From: Bacteroidales bacterium
GTDB taxonomy: Bacteria; Bacteroidota; Bacteroidia; Bacteroidales; DTU049
Assembly (NCBI GenBank): GCA_026418905.1
Contig: JAOAAK010000015.1
Location: 10,595-74,594 of the forward strand
Direction of reading: 5' to 3'
DNA length: 64,000 bases
Part shown: in pieces, positions 39,374-50,026 of the stretch
How the letters are laid out: the number at the start of each line of letters is the position of its first letter
Numbering within the stretch: position 1 is the stretch's first letter
Translations under genes and position numbers: made by a program
Notes under the pieces: generated by a model
Told to the model about the DNA's origin: nothing
Databases searched by the model: none
The model's input: only the letters and a program-made list of their open reading frames with translations

Positions 39374-40072
39374 ATGAATAAGAAGGATTTATTGGTTTTA
39401 ATACTTCTTGTTATTATTTTCACGCCATTTATATTGATAGAACCTGCATACGCCTGGTTTCTTGAGATGAGCAAAAATCATGGAATGCTCATGAGTTTTC
39501 TAAAATTTGCTGTTCTTGCTACTGTGGGAGAAGCTATTGGCTATAGAATCCGACGAGGGGAGTATCCTTCATGGAATTTTGGTTATTTGCCTAAACTAAT
39601 TATTTGGGGAGTATTAGGATGCTTTATTTTCATTGCATTCAAGGTTTTCGGAATAGGTATTCCACTATTTCTTGAATACATGGGACTTAAAGGTGCTACA
39701 GCCTCAATGTCACAATCTATTTCATGGATTAAAGTTGTTACAGCTTTTGGAATTAGCTTTTTCATGAATCTCATTTTTGCTCCAGTTCTCATGACAACGC
39801 ATAAAATTACAGATACACATATCGAAAATCACCAGGGGAAACTGAATTCGCTTTTTAAACCTATACACGTAAGTAGAATTCTTAAAAACTTGGACTGGAA
39901 CGTCCATTGGGGATTTGTTCTTAAAAAAACCATTCCTTACTTTTGGATTCCTGCCCACACCATAACATTCCTTTTGCCGGAAGAATTCCGTGTGTTATTT
40001 GCAGCTATTTTGAGCATGGTTCTTGGCATTTTCCTTGCTTTTGCTGCCCAATTGAGCAAGAAAAAACATTAA
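39374..40072 (+). CDS. Hypothetical polytopic membrane protein (weak Mpv17/PMP22-like C-terminal pattern)
   Basis: Several predicted TM helices. The C-terminal FWIPAHTITFLLPEEFRVLFAAILSMVLG resembles the Mpv17/PMP22 signature, and this assignment is tentative. Confidence 0.6.
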   Translation: MNKKDLLVLILLVIIFTPFILIEPAYAWFLEMSKNHGMLMSFLKFAVLATVGEAIGYRIRRGEYPSWNFGYLPKLIIWGVLGCFIFIAFKVFGIGIPLFLEYMGLKGATASMSQSISWIKVVTAFGISFFMNLIFAPVLMTTHKITDTHIENHQGKLNSLFKPIHVSRILKNLDWNVHWGFVLKKTIPYFWIPAHTITFLLPEEFRVLFAAILSMVLGIFLAFAAQLSKKKH

Positions 40073-40073
40073 T

Positions 40074-41348
40074 TTATTCGCTTTTTACTAACAAATGGCG
40101 CATAATTCGTGTCCGTTGCTCAAGATAAACTTTTCTCCCTCCGACGAGTTTTTCAATGTTTTCAGCAAATTGATGATGTCGTATAGTAATAAGCTCCATT
40201 GAAGTATTGTATTTAATATAAAAAGGAACAGAAAGCTCTTGCAAAATAAAATCTATTTTATATGGATCTTCATCAAAACAAACTGAAAAACTCAATGCTG
40301 TGTTTTCCATCAGCCTAATTTTGATCTGATGTCGGGCAAGAATACTAAAAATTAAACTTAAATTAGATTCATCAATAAAAGAAAAATCTTTTGGGAAAAA
40401 ACTCATAAGCACTTGTTGTGGCTTGATGATGTAAAAAGGGAGTTTTAACGATTCTTCTCGGTCATCGATGCTGGTTCCTGGCAAGTCTGAATCGATAAAT
40501 GATCGTACGAAAAGTGGAATTTTTTTGTTTTGAAGAGGTTTGAGAGTTTTGGGATGAATTACCGAAGCACCATAATATGCAAGTTCGACTGTTTCTTTAT
40601 AGGAAAGATGTGGAACAGGGACAGCATCAGGTAGACGTTTAGGATCAGCATTCATGACCCCAGGAACATCTTTCCATATGGTTAATGATGTTGCATCCAA
40701 AGCATAAGCAAAGATGGCAGCTGTATAGTCTGAGCCTTCCCTTCCTAAAGTTGCTGGCTCACCATCCTCCGATGAACCAATAAAACCTTGCGAGATGATA
40801 ATATCGTGTTTCTCAAATGCATTCAATGCAAAATAACGAATAGCTTCACATGTCTTATCCCATAAAACATTGGCTTCTCGATAAGCGCAATCTGTCAAAA
40901 TACAATCCCTCGCAGAAACTAATGCAACATTTAAGCCGCTTTTTAATAAAAACCAATATAGTATAGTTGAAGAAAATAATTCACCGTAATGTACGATACG
41001 ATCATAAGCTTTATTAAAATTTCCATCATAAAAAACTTGTAATTCACTTCGCAACTGAATAAATAATTTTTCTAGTTCGGTAAAAATTCTCAATGTTTTG
41101 TCCGACCCAAAAAGTTCTTCGACAATTGCGTGATGATAAGCATAAACTTTTTCAAAATGAGGCTCAAGAGACCTCTGTTCGATGTATGCATAAAATAGCT
41201 GTTCCAGATTATTGGTGGTTTTTCCCATGGCAGAGATCACTAAGACTAATTTTGCAAAAGATTGTCTTTGCAAGATTTTCAACACATTTCTGACAGATGA
41301 TCCATCTTTAACAGATGCACCACCAAACTTAAAAACTTGTACGGACAT
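40074..41348 (-). CDS. lysC: Aspartate kinase
   Basis: VFKFGGASV, ISAMGKTTN and C-terminal ACT domains. Confidence 0.9.
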   Translation of the reverse strand: MSVQVFKFGGASVKDGSSVRNVLKILQRQSFAKLVLVISAMGKTTNNLEQLFYAYIEQRSLEPHFEKVYAYHHAIVEELFGSDKTLRIFTELEKLFIQLRSELQVFYDGNFNKAYDRIVHYGELFSSTILYWFLLKSGLNVALVSARDCILTDCAYREANVLWDKTCEAIRYFALNAFEKHDIIISQGFIGSSEDGEPATLGREGSDYTAAIFAYALDATSLTIWKDVPGVMNADPKRLPDAVPVPHLSYKETVELAYYGASVIHPKTLKPLQNKKIPLFVRSFIDSDLPGTSIDDREESLKLPFYIIKPQQVLMSFFPKDFSFIDESNLSLIFSILARHQIKIRLMENTALSFSVCFDEDPYKIDFILQELSVPFYIKYNTSMELITIRHHQFAENIEKLVGGRKVYLEQRTRIMRHLLVKSE

Positions 41349-41385
41349 GACTGCTCCTTGTTAGAAGGGACAAAATTAACTTTTT

Positions 41386-42027
41386 TCACATAAGATCAGT
41401 AAGAAAAGGATTGGTTTGAATTTCTTCTTTTAAGGTGGTCGAAGGTCCATGTCCTGGATAAACTTTTGTTTCTGGAGGAATTGATTCAATTAAAAGTCGG
41501 AGAGAATTCATCAACACATCGTAATTCCCAGTGGGCAGATCGGTTCTTCCTATGGAACCTGCAAAAAGAACATCACCCGTAAAAAGACTTTGAATTTCTG
41601 GAAAGAAATAACATACCGATCCATCAGCATGACCTGGAACATAAAGTGTATTAAAAGCAAAGGAATCGATCAACATCTGATCCTGGACAAAACACACAGG
41701 TTCTGGCATTTTAGGTATGTTGATGCCAAAAAAAGAAGACCACGTATGTACTTGTTGGTAAAGTTCCAATCCGGCTTGATGAATATAAGTAGGTATGCTA
41801 TAGCTATCCGTAAGAAAAGGTACTCCCATCATATGATCGAGATGTGGATGAGTGATAAGAACAGCCACTGGAGATAAATGATATTTGGTTAAAAGTGCTG
41901 TGAATTTTTTTTGTTCATCCACACCATAACAACCAGGATCAATGATTAAACATTTATTGTCCTTTATAACGATGTATGTATTTACCAAAAAGTCATTAAA
42001 TTGCATAGAATAAATTTGCATATTCAT
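41386..42027 (-). CDS. MBL-fold metallo-hydrolase (glyoxalase II-like)
   Basis: THPHLDHMMG, VPGHADGS and GDVLFAGSIGRTD. The track's TTG at 42039 is the end of a TATATTTG -7 box, so the start is the ATG at 42027 or 42021. Confidence 0.85.
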   Translation of the reverse strand: MNMQIYSMQFNDFLVNTYIVIKDNKCLIIDPGCYGVDEQKKFTALLTKYHLSPVAVLITHPHLDHMMGVPFLTDSYSIPTYIHQAGLELYQQVHTWSSFFGINIPKMPEPVCFVQDQMLIDSFAFNTLYVPGHADGSVCYFFPEIQSLFTGDVLFAGSIGRTDLPTGNYDVLMNSLRLLIESIPPETKVYPGHGPSTTLKEEIQTNPFLTDLM

Positions 42028-42036
42028 TAATTTTTT

Positions 42037-42044
42037 CAAATATA
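42037..42044 (-). promoter_or_regulatory. Bacteroidota -7 promoter box (TATATTTG) for the MBL-fold gene
   Basis: Perfect TAnnTTTG on the minus strand, 9-15 nt upstream of the candidate ATGs. Confidence 0.45.
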
Positions 42045-42050
42045 AGTTTT

Positions 42051-43238
42051 TTAATTCAAGAGTTTAAAGACTAACCCTTTCAGTGTATTCTTTACGCTGG
42101 CCAGATCGTATTTATGTTTGTAATGTACGTTAGCTTCACTTCCAATTTTTTTTTCAATCAACACTTTTAATTTTTGAGGAGAATCACTAGGATAATGTAT
42201 TTCACATAAACCTAGTTGATTAAATCTTTGCACATTCCATTCTTGCTCAAAGTTCCATGGAATACTGATTATTGGTAATCCGGCATTCAATGCCTGATAC
42301 ATACTTCCATTACCTCCATGATTAATTATGAGTTTCAATTTGTCTTGTATTGATGTAAAATTTATAAATTGTCTAAAAATGGAGTTTTTTTTCTGATGGT
42401 TGTATTTCGCACCAGAGATGATGAAAAAAACGTCGTCAAATTCGTCGGGATTTAAAATTTCAGGTACGATATTTCTACCACTACTACCAGTTGTAACGTA
42501 AACCATTGGTCGTGAACGGTATTTTTCGACAAAATCTAACAGACTCATATCAATTTCATTCGACTGATAAAGAAGAGGTCCAATGTAGTGATATTGAGGC
42601 AGACTCTTTTTTAAAGGGAAAATCTGAGGGTCGTCACAAATCAAATTTATTTTGCCGAGAAATTCATCAAAAAGATTTTGATGAAGAGGTAAGTTATATT
42701 TTTTGCGAATTTTTCTAAAAGGTGAGTGGACTTTTCTAAGAGTCAATGTTTCTACACTTCTCACCAAAGCTTCCCATTGTTTAGCATTTACATACTTTTT
42801 GAAGCGATGAGCTTTATGGTGATAAGGGACATCACGAAAACATGCATAATGGTTTGTTACGTAAGCATTCAATAAAGCCACATGGAGAATATCCCATTTT
42901 TCAGCAACTATTCTCACTCCTAAAAAAGTATCACTCACAATAATGTCAGGTTTTTCCGTATGGATAATTTTTTCCAAGTGATTTACTACGAAGGAAACGA
43001 ACTTGATGTTAATCCAATCGAAATTGAATGTTGTAGCATAATCATTAATTCGTTCAACGAAATCAAAACAAAGCGAAACTGTTGTGCGAAATCCTCTATT
43101 TTCTATAAAAACGTCATAAGCGGGATGACTTAAAAAAACTCCATCATAATTACTAATTTCACGTAATATTGAAGCAAATTCCAAAAGTCTCAAATAATGA
43201 GAAAGCAAACCAAAAGGAATGAAAAGTATTTTTTTCAT
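42051..43238 (-). CDS. Glycosyltransferase family 1 (UDP-glycosyltransferase/MGT-like)
   Basis: C-terminal nucleotide-sugar motif INHGGNGSMYQALNAGLPIISIP..EQ. I prefer the ATG at 43238 over the TTG at 43244. Confidence 0.8.
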   Translation of the reverse strand: MKKILFIPFGLLSHYLRLLEFASILREISNYDGVFLSHPAYDVFIENRGFRTTVSLCFDFVERINDYATTFNFDWINIKFVSFVVNHLEKIIHTEKPDIIVSDTFLGVRIVAEKWDILHVALLNAYVTNHYACFRDVPYHHKAHRFKKYVNAKQWEALVRSVETLTLRKVHSPFRKIRKKYNLPLHQNLFDEFLGKINLICDDPQIFPLKKSLPQYHYIGPLLYQSNEIDMSLLDFVEKYRSRPMVYVTTGSSGRNIVPEILNPDEFDDVFFIISGAKYNHQKKNSIFRQFINFTSIQDKLKLIINHGGNGSMYQALNAGLPIISIPWNFEQEWNVQRFNQLGLCEIHYPSDSPQKLKVLIEKKIGSEANVHYKHKYDLASVKNTLKGLVFKLLN

Positions 43239-43262
43239 AAACAATCACATTTTCAAAAGATA

Positions 43263-45710
43263 TCAGAAAAATGCCTGAACAGTGAAAAACGGCTGAAAAC
43301 GAGAAACACGAGGATGATCTAGGTATGAGAACCTCCACACCCCATCTATACGGAAAAACTTAAAAATATTTTCAATACCTATACCTGCCTCAAAATAAGG
43401 CTTAGATAAAGTATAAGTATATGTTGGAAAACTTGAAAAGGAGAGATTTTTTTGAGACATGGTACCAGCTAACCCTTTTACCCAAATTAATTCACGCCAT
43501 TTTAACTTTTTTAACAAAGGAAAATAGTTTAAAAATAAACCATCGAATCGATGTATATAATAGAAACTAATCCAGGAATCTGAAATAAATTCAAAATAAT
43601 TCATCATGTTGAAAGCCGTCTCATCGAGAAAATATGTTTCATTTCCAGGATGAATAAAGAGAAAAGGGTAAGGTAATCGTCCAAAAATTTTTCCAGCTTC
43701 AATGATATACTTTGACCAACCCAAGTTTCCAACATTAAACCAATCATTCCATGAAAATTGTAACTTATGATAAGAAAAATCTCCATGAAATAAATCTTTC
43801 ACACCACGACTGTATTGAAATTGAATAATTGGAAAAGTAGATCCCATGCTCATCCGGTTAAAATCGTTATATAGAAACTTCTCTTTATAAGCAAGACGTA
43901 GGACAAAAGTGATTTCGCTGTTAGTTAAGTTTTCTTGAGTACCCTCCAAAAATGAAAAAGGTTGATTGTCGAGAGAAAAAATTTCTCTGTTCACAAAACG
44001 AAAAGTGGTCATAAATCCTGGAAACCACTCGTATTCGTTTTGTAAACGCCATTGATTGACCATGGTTAGTTTGCTCAATGACTGACGAGTGAAAAGCGTT
44101 GCAAGTATGAAATCTTCTCTGAAACCAGAAGGACTAATTCCAAGTTGTTCATAATCATGCTTATAATTAAAACTGAGCGTACGACGAGGATTTTTCTTAA
44201 AAACATATAAAAATCCACCGGCATACTTAAAATCCTTGTCTTTTGTCCCGTAAGCTGAATAAGCCCATAGTCGCAATTTCTTAGAAAAATTTGGAGAAGT
44301 ACGTCCGCCCACACGCATACGTGTTCCTTCTATGGCATTAAAACTTACAAGAGAAGCATAGGGGCCTATTTCAACATAAAGCAATGGATAGAAACCACTT
44401 GAAAAAGTCTGGACGAGATTGTAGTAAAATTTAAAAACCGGATGTTTTTTAAGACTGTCGACCATTGAATAAATTTGTTTTTCACGAGCTGATAACGTAT
44501 CAGGTCTTATTTTGTCCCAGTATTCAGAAGATTTTTCCATGAAATCTGGCAAAAAAATAACTTTATTAGGGTTGAGATAAAATTCGTCTTCACGAGGCTG
44601 CCCAATGACATAATTTCGATAATATGTATTTTTTCGTGCAAAAAAACCAGAAATTATTTTTTGATTATTCTGAAAAAGATTAAAATCAACAATAACTTGC
44701 TCACGAGTAGGGACCCATACAGATGAATCTTGAATGGCGGTAAAATGTTGCTGAATAAAAAGTGCGTTGATAAAATTGATATTTGCCTCAGAAGAAATTT
44801 TCATTTCAACTTTTTTAATGGCATAAGATGGGGTGGCCACCCAAAACGTACCACTAAAAGTCAATTCTTGCTCTCTCCGGGGTTTGAACATAATTTTATA
44901 ACACCAAATACTATCTACATACATACTATCAACCAGGTAGTATTTGTAATACAATTGTGCCACATCAGCAATGGGGGAAACAAAATTTTTATCCAAAATA
45001 GTAATGAAATTATCGTAAATATTAATTTCCTGATACATGTTTCCGAGAAACTGAGAGACACTCTGATTTTCTATACCGGATATCTTAACAGCTTCTATGA
45101 ATTCCCGCTTTGATCGTGGAAAATAACGATAATATAGTTTCGAAACACTTTCGGAAATGAAAAGAGGAAGATAAACTGTTCCATTCTCCAACGAAGTATC
45201 AGCATAATCTAACACCCATTCAAACGGTTTAAGAAGGCGTGGACTTTTCTTTTCATTATTGATGTTATTAATGTCAACTTCAAGTTTGTTGTATACTTCG
45301 ACTTCGTAAAAACGTATTCGTTCGAATGAATTTCTTTTTTTGTTTGCTAAAACTTTTTTAAGAATTGGTATGGCTGGATTTTCGCCTGGAAGAATGACAA
45401 CTTCCTTGAGCATATAATCGGTAGGCACTAAATATATGGTTATTTCCTGAAATTGCATTTTAATTGGAACTAACTTCTTTTTGTATCCTAAATAACTTAC
45501 AACCAAAGTATCGGCATTGACAGAAGTTTCGATTCTGAAATCGCCATCGAAGTCAGTAATGGCACCCACATTAGTTCCTTTAAGCATGACATTAGCAAAA
45601 GGAATAGGATCTCCTGTTAGTGAATCACGTACATGACCAAGGATGCGAATGGTTTGACCCTGCATCAACATGTAAACCCCTATTCCCCATAAAAAAAATA
45701 AATATCTCAT
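43263..45710 (-). CDS. DUF5686-like protein with N-terminal carboxypeptidase-regulatory-like domain
   Basis: Signal peptide, then GHVRDSLTGDPIPFANVMLKGTNVGAITDFDGDFRIE (CarboxypepD_reg fold). The 815-aa size and layout are typical of Bacteroidota DUF5686 proteins. Confidence 0.8.
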   Translation of the reverse strand: MRYLFFLWGIGVYMLMQGQTIRILGHVRDSLTGDPIPFANVMLKGTNVGAITDFDGDFRIETSVNADTLVVSYLGYKKKLVPIKMQFQEITIYLVPTDYMLKEVVILPGENPAIPILKKVLANKKRNSFERIRFYEVEVYNKLEVDINNINNEKKSPRLLKPFEWVLDYADTSLENGTVYLPLFISESVSKLYYRYFPRSKREFIEAVKISGIENQSVSQFLGNMYQEINIYDNFITILDKNFVSPIADVAQLYYKYYLVDSMYVDSIWCYKIMFKPRREQELTFSGTFWVATPSYAIKKVEMKISSEANINFINALFIQQHFTAIQDSSVWVPTREQVIVDFNLFQNNQKIISGFFARKNTYYRNYVIGQPREDEFYLNPNKVIFLPDFMEKSSEYWDKIRPDTLSAREKQIYSMVDSLKKHPVFKFYYNLVQTFSSGFYPLLYVEIGPYASLVSFNAIEGTRMRVGGRTSPNFSKKLRLWAYSAYGTKDKDFKYAGGFLYVFKKNPRRTLSFNYKHDYEQLGISPSGFREDFILATLFTRQSLSKLTMVNQWRLQNEYEWFPGFMTTFRFVNREIFSLDNQPFSFLEGTQENLTNSEITFVLRLAYKEKFLYNDFNRMSMGSTFPIIQFQYSRGVKDLFHGDFSYHKLQFSWNDWFNVGNLGWSKYIIEAGKIFGRLPYPFLFIHPGNETYFLDETAFNMMNYFEFISDSWISFYYIHRFDGLFLNYFPLLKKLKWRELIWVKGLAGTMSQKNLSFSSFPTYTYTLSKPYFEAGIGIENIFKFFRIDGVWRFSYLDHPRVSRFQPFFTVQAFF

Positions 45711-45731
45711 TTTCTATGGAATAAGTTACAA

Positions 45732-45739
45732 CAAAGTTA
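45732..45739 (-). promoter_or_regulatory. Bacteroidota -7 promoter box (TAACTTTG) for the DUF5686-like gene
   Basis: Perfect TAnnTTTG on the minus strand, 21 nt upstream of the ATG at 45710. Confidence 0.45.
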
Positions 45740-46236
45740 AAACAAAAAAAATTTCCATTATTCATCGCGATAAACGGTTTATTTCTTATAAATCCTAATT
45801 TACTTACATTATTTTAAACCTTCAAAATATTATTAAGCAACATGATAGCATGATTGAATAAAACCTAGTTTCTCCACTTCAAGCATATACTTATGCTTTC
45901 CGATGCATGGAGATTAGTACTTTCCCACTGTGGCAAAGAAAGCATCAGCTTAATTATACATTCATGGTGTACCATCTAATTGCTTTCTGAGCATAAGAGG
46001 ACAAATCACAGAATCGCATAAAGGATGTATACTAAAACAGGTGTAAACATAATTTCAATTGATTCACTTCATTATTCTTATTTAATAACCCTGCCGCATT
46101 AGCTAAAGTTTCCATTAAAGAGTATAATGCCTTACAGAGATCTATCGCAAAATCTCGACTATATTTCATTTTTTTAACTAACGAAAAAAATTTTCCTCAC
46201 CAAAACTCAAAATTTGTTCATACTTTCGCACAAAAA

Positions 46237-47988
46237 ATGTATAGATCACATACTTGTGGGGAATTACGTCTAAAGGATGTAGGAAAAAAAGTAGTATTGG
46301 CTGGATGGGTTCATCACATTCGATCTTTTGGGAATTTTATTTTTATTGATTTACGTGATCATTACGGTACCACACAACTGGTTTTCTTGCCCGAAATTAA
46401 CGAAGTCCTTTTCGAAGAAGCCAAAAAACTGGGACGAGAATTTGTCATTCAAGTCGAAGGAAAGGTAAGAGAAAGAATTAATAAAAATCCTCACCTTCCC
46501 ACAGGCGACATTGAGGTGGAAGTGATTTCTCTCAGAGTTCTTTCAGCCGCTCAAACCCCGCCTTTTACCATCGAAATCGATACAGATGGAAACGAAGAAT
46601 TGAGACTCCGATACAGATATTTGGACCTACGTCGTAAACCTCTTCATGATGCCATGGTTTTCAGGCACGAGGTTGCTCTTGAAATAAGAAATTACCTTTC
46701 AAACCAAGGTTTCATAGAAATAGAAACTCCATTTCTGATACGTAGTACACCCGAAGGAGCTCGTGACTTTGTTGTACCTTCACGTTTACATCCTGGACAT
46801 TTCTATTCTCTTCCGCAATCTCCTCAGCAGTACAAACAAATTTTAATGATTGCTGGATTTGACAAATATTTTCAACTCGTTCGCTGTTTCAGGGATGAAG
46901 ATCTGAGAGCTGACCGTCAACCAGAATTTACTCAGATCGACTGTGAAATGGCATTTGTAGATCAAGAGATTGTAATGCAGACTTTCGAACAAATGATAAA
47001 ACATCTTTTTAAACGTATTTTAAATATTGATCTTGAAGATTTTCCAAGAATTCCATATGAAATTGCTATGCGGAAATATGGAACTGATAAACCTGACTTA
47101 CGATTTGACATGCAGCTTATAGAAATTACTGATGTAGCAAAAGGACAACAATTTCTCATTTTTGATCAAGCAGATCACATCATTGGGTTAGTTCTCCAAG
47201 GACAAGCTCAACTACCCAGAAAGAAAATTGATCAGTTAAACGATTGGACAAAGCGTCCACAAGTAGGCGGTAAAGGTTTTGTGTGGATCAAATGGAATGA
47301 AGACGGAAGTTTCAAGTGCTCAGTATCAAGTTTTTCAGAAGAATTTATCAGAACAATATTAGAAAAAATTAGTGCGAAACCTGGTGACATTGCTTTTCTT
47401 TTTGCCGGAAGTTATCCCGATGTTTTCAAAGTAGCTGGGAGCCTACGATTACACCTTGCCCAAGAATTTGATCTCATACCAGAAAAATCTTATAAAGGGA
47501 TATGGATAACAGATTTTCCTTTGCTTGAATGGGATGAAGAAGAACAACGCTTCGTTGCCATGCACCATCCTTTCACTTCACCACGACAAGAAGACGAGCA
47601 TCTTTTGGAAATAGATCCTGCCCGAGTAAAAGCCAATTCGTACGACATGGTTATCAATGGCGTGGAAGTCGGCGGAGGGAGTATTCGAATTCACGACGCT
47701 GCACTTCAAGAAAGAATGTTCAAAGCGCTAGGACTTTCTAAAAAAGATATAGAAGAACAATTTGGTTTTTTTCTAGAAGCATTTCAATACGGTGTTCCGC
47801 CTCATGGTGGTATTGCTTTTGGTTTTGATCGCATTATTTCACTGATGCTCAACACTCCTTCCATACGTGATGTGATTGCTTTCCCTAAAAATAATGCTGG
47901 AAAAGAACTCATGAGCAATGCTCCTTCCCCTATTTCAGAACGACAACTTAAGGAACTTCATATTGCTATTTCGAATCAAAAAACATAA
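46237..47988 (+). CDS. aspS: Aspartate--tRNA ligase
   Basis: MYRSHTCGELR, FRDEDLRADRQPEFTQID and GGGSIRIH class-II motifs. Confidence 0.97.
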   Translation: MYRSHTCGELRLKDVGKKVVLAGWVHHIRSFGNFIFIDLRDHYGTTQLVFLPEINEVLFEEAKKLGREFVIQVEGKVRERINKNPHLPTGDIEVEVISLRVLSAAQTPPFTIEIDTDGNEELRLRYRYLDLRRKPLHDAMVFRHEVALEIRNYLSNQGFIEIETPFLIRSTPEGARDFVVPSRLHPGHFYSLPQSPQQYKQILMIAGFDKYFQLVRCFRDEDLRADRQPEFTQIDCEMAFVDQEIVMQTFEQMIKHLFKRILNIDLEDFPRIPYEIAMRKYGTDKPDLRFDMQLIEITDVAKGQQFLIFDQADHIIGLVLQGQAQLPRKKIDQLNDWTKRPQVGGKGFVWIKWNEDGSFKCSVSSFSEEFIRTILEKISAKPGDIAFLFAGSYPDVFKVAGSLRLHLAQEFDLIPEKSYKGIWITDFPLLEWDEEEQRFVAMHHPFTSPRQEDEHLLEIDPARVKANSYDMVINGVEVGGGSIRIHDAALQERMFKALGLSKKDIEEQFGFFLEAFQYGVPPHGGIAFGFDRIISLMLNTPSIRDVIAFPKNNAGKELMSNAPSPISERQLKELHIAISNQKT

Positions 47989-48026
47989 TGCTTATCATCT
48001 TAAACCAATAGCCCACTGGTTTTTTG

Positions 48027-48034
48027 TACTTTTG
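48027..48034 (+). promoter_or_regulatory. Bacteroidota -7 promoter box (TACTTTTG) for thrS
   Basis: Perfect TAnnTTTG 22 nt upstream of the ATG at 48057. The track's TTG start at 48024 lies just upstream of this box, so the extension is unlikely. Confidence 0.45.
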
Positions 48035-48056
48035 TGATTCAAAAAATCATTCCATC

Positions 48057-49994
48057 ATGATACGAATTACATTACCTGATGAAAAAACACTTGAGTTTGA
48101 AGTTCCACCAACTGGTGCAGACATTGCATTAAGATTAAGCCAAAAACTACATAATGAAGCTCTTGCCATTAAAGTAAACGATGAAGTATGGGATCTTACA
48201 CGTCCTATCCCTTTTGATGCTAAGGTTTGCATTCTCACTTGGGATGATGATGAGGGAAAAGCCACCTTTTGGCATTCATCAGCACACCTCATGGCCGAAG
48301 CAGTTGAGCAACTCTTTCCCGGAGTTAAATTTGGGATAGGTCCCGCTATCGAAAACGGTTTTTACTACGATATTGATTTTCAGCAATATCAAATCAGCGA
48401 AGCTGATTTGACCAGTATTGAAACTCGAATGCTGGAGCTTGCCAAACAGAATCAAACATTCAAACGCAAAGAAGTAAGCAAGCATGATGCTATCAATTAT
48501 TTTACTCAAAAAAACGATCCTTACAAATTGGAATTAATAGAGGACTTGGAAGATGGACAAATAACTTTTTATGAATCTGGTACATTTGTAGATCTATGTC
48601 GAGGGCCACATTTGTCAGATACCTCTAAAATCAAAGCTGTTAAGTTGCTTAATATTGCTGGTGCTTATTGGCGAGGCGACGAAAAAAGGCCTATGTTAAC
48701 TAGAATTTACGGTATTACCTTTCCCAAAACTTCCATGCTTGAAGAATTTTTAAAACAATTAGAAGAAGCCAAAAAACGCGACCATAGGAAGCTTGGGAAA
48801 GATTTGGAAATTTTCATGTTTAGTCAACGCGTAGGTTCTGGTTTACCACTTTGGCTACCGAAAGGAGCCATCATTCGTGAAAGGTTAGAACAATTTCTTA
48901 AAAAAATTCAACGTCGTTATGGTTACCAACAAGTGATCACTCCTCATATTGGGCAGAAAGAGCTATACATCATTTCAGGACATTGGGAAAAATATGGAAA
49001 AGATTCTTTCAGACCTATAACAACACCAAATGAAGGAGAAGAATTTCTCCTCAAGCCTATGAACTGTCCTCACCATTGCGAAATTTACGCCAACAAACCC
49101 CGCAGTTATAGAGATTTGCCATTACGATTGGCAGAGTTTGGTACTGTATATCGCTACGAACAAAGTGGTGAATTGCATGGGCTCACACGAGTACGTGGTT
49201 TTACGCAAGACGATGCCCATATCTTTTGTACCCCTGATCAATTGAAAGATGAATTTAAAAAAGTAATTGAAATAGTTTTATATATTTTTAAAACTTTAAA
49301 ATTTTATGACTATCAGGTACAAATTTCCACTCATGATCCTAACAACCGTGAGAAATATATCGGTAGTCCGGAGAACTGGGAGAAAGCTGAAAAAGCAATA
49401 ATTGAGGCAACTCAAGAAATGAACTTATCAGCTGTTGTTGTTCCCGGAGAAGCTGCTTTCTACGGTCCAAAACTAGATTTTATGGTTAAAGACGCCATTG
49501 GTCGTAAGTGGCAATTAGGTACTATTCAAGTAGATTATAATCTTCCTGAACGTTTCGAACTTGAATACATTGGACAGGATAATCAAAAGCATCGTCCTGT
49601 TATGATTCATCGTGCACCCTTTGGGTCTATGGAGCGTTTCGTTGCTGTGCTTCTCGAACATACCGCAGGAAACTTTCCAGTGTGGTTAGCTCCCGTACAA
49701 GTTTCTGTTTTACCTATCAGCGAAAAATTTGTTTTGTTCGCAAAAAAAGTTATATCTTTGCTGCAAGAAGAAAATATTGCCTGTGAATTGGACGACAGAT
49801 CCGAGAAAATCGGTAAAAAAATACGCGATGCAGAATTGCAAAAAATCCCTTTCATGCTTATTGTGGGAGAAAAGGAAGAAAAAGAAGGAAAAGTATCTGT
49901 TCGTCGTCATGGTTTAGGAGATATGGGAAGCATGAAGGTAGAGGATTTCATTTCATTTTTCAACAATCTTCTCCAAGAAGAATTAATGTCATGA
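48057..49994 (+). CDS. thrS: Threonine--tRNA ligase
   Basis: N-terminal TGS domain ([14 protein letters not shown]), [13 protein letters not shown], class-II core and anticodon-binding domain. Confidence 0.97.
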   Translation: MIRITLPDEKTLEFEVPPTGADIALRLSQKLHNEALAIKVNDEVWDLTRPIPFDAKVCILTWDDDEGKATFWHSSAHLMAEAVEQLFPGVKFGIGPAIENGFYYDIDFQQYQISEADLTSIETRMLELAKQNQTFKRKEVSKHDAINYFTQKNDPYKLELIEDLEDGQITFYESGTFVDLCRGPHLSDTSKIKAVKLLNIAGAYWRGDEKRPMLTRIYGITFPKTSMLEEFLKQLEEAKKRDHRKLGKDLEIFMFSQRVGSGLPLWLPKGAIIRERLEQFLKKIQRRYGYQQVITPHIGQKELYIISGHWEKYGKDSFRPITTPNEGEEFLLKPMNCPHHCEIYANKPRSYRDLPLRLAEFGTVYRYEQSGELHGLTRVRGFTQDDAHIFCTPDQLKDEFKKVIEIVLYIFKTLKFYDYQVQISTHDPNNREKYIGSPENWEKAEKAIIEATQEMNLSAVVVPGEAAFYGPKLDFMVKDAIGRKWQLGTIQVDYNLPERFELEYIGQDNQKHRPVMIHRAPFGSMERFVAVLLEHTAGNFPVWLAPVQVSVLPISEKFVLFAKKVISLLQEENIACELDDRSEKIGKKIRDAELQKIPFMLIVGEKEEKEGKVSVRRHGLGDMGSMKVEDFISFFNNLLQEELMS

Positions 49995-50026
49995 ATGTTC
50001 AACCAAAAATATAGGAGGATACAGCC

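Noticed and set aside
46221-46236. Shared 16-mer-like box TACTTTCGCACAAAAA (aspS) and TACTGTCGCACAAAAG (51481-51496), with TATTGATCGCAAAAAG (~63473-63488), considered as a possible dispersed repeat or transcription-factor site.
   Set aside because: It is best explained as the -7 promoter box plus the A-rich initiation region typical of this genome (compare TAAATTTGCACAAAG at guaB). It is not treated as a separate element, but it is used as evidence for an orphan promoter in the rplT-downstream gap.
48002-48025. Weak hairpin AAACCA-n9-TGGTTT followed by TTTT after aspS, a possible terminator.
   Set aside because: It is only 6 bp and mostly A-T, and its T-run merges with the thrS promoter box. 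It is too weak to call as a feature.
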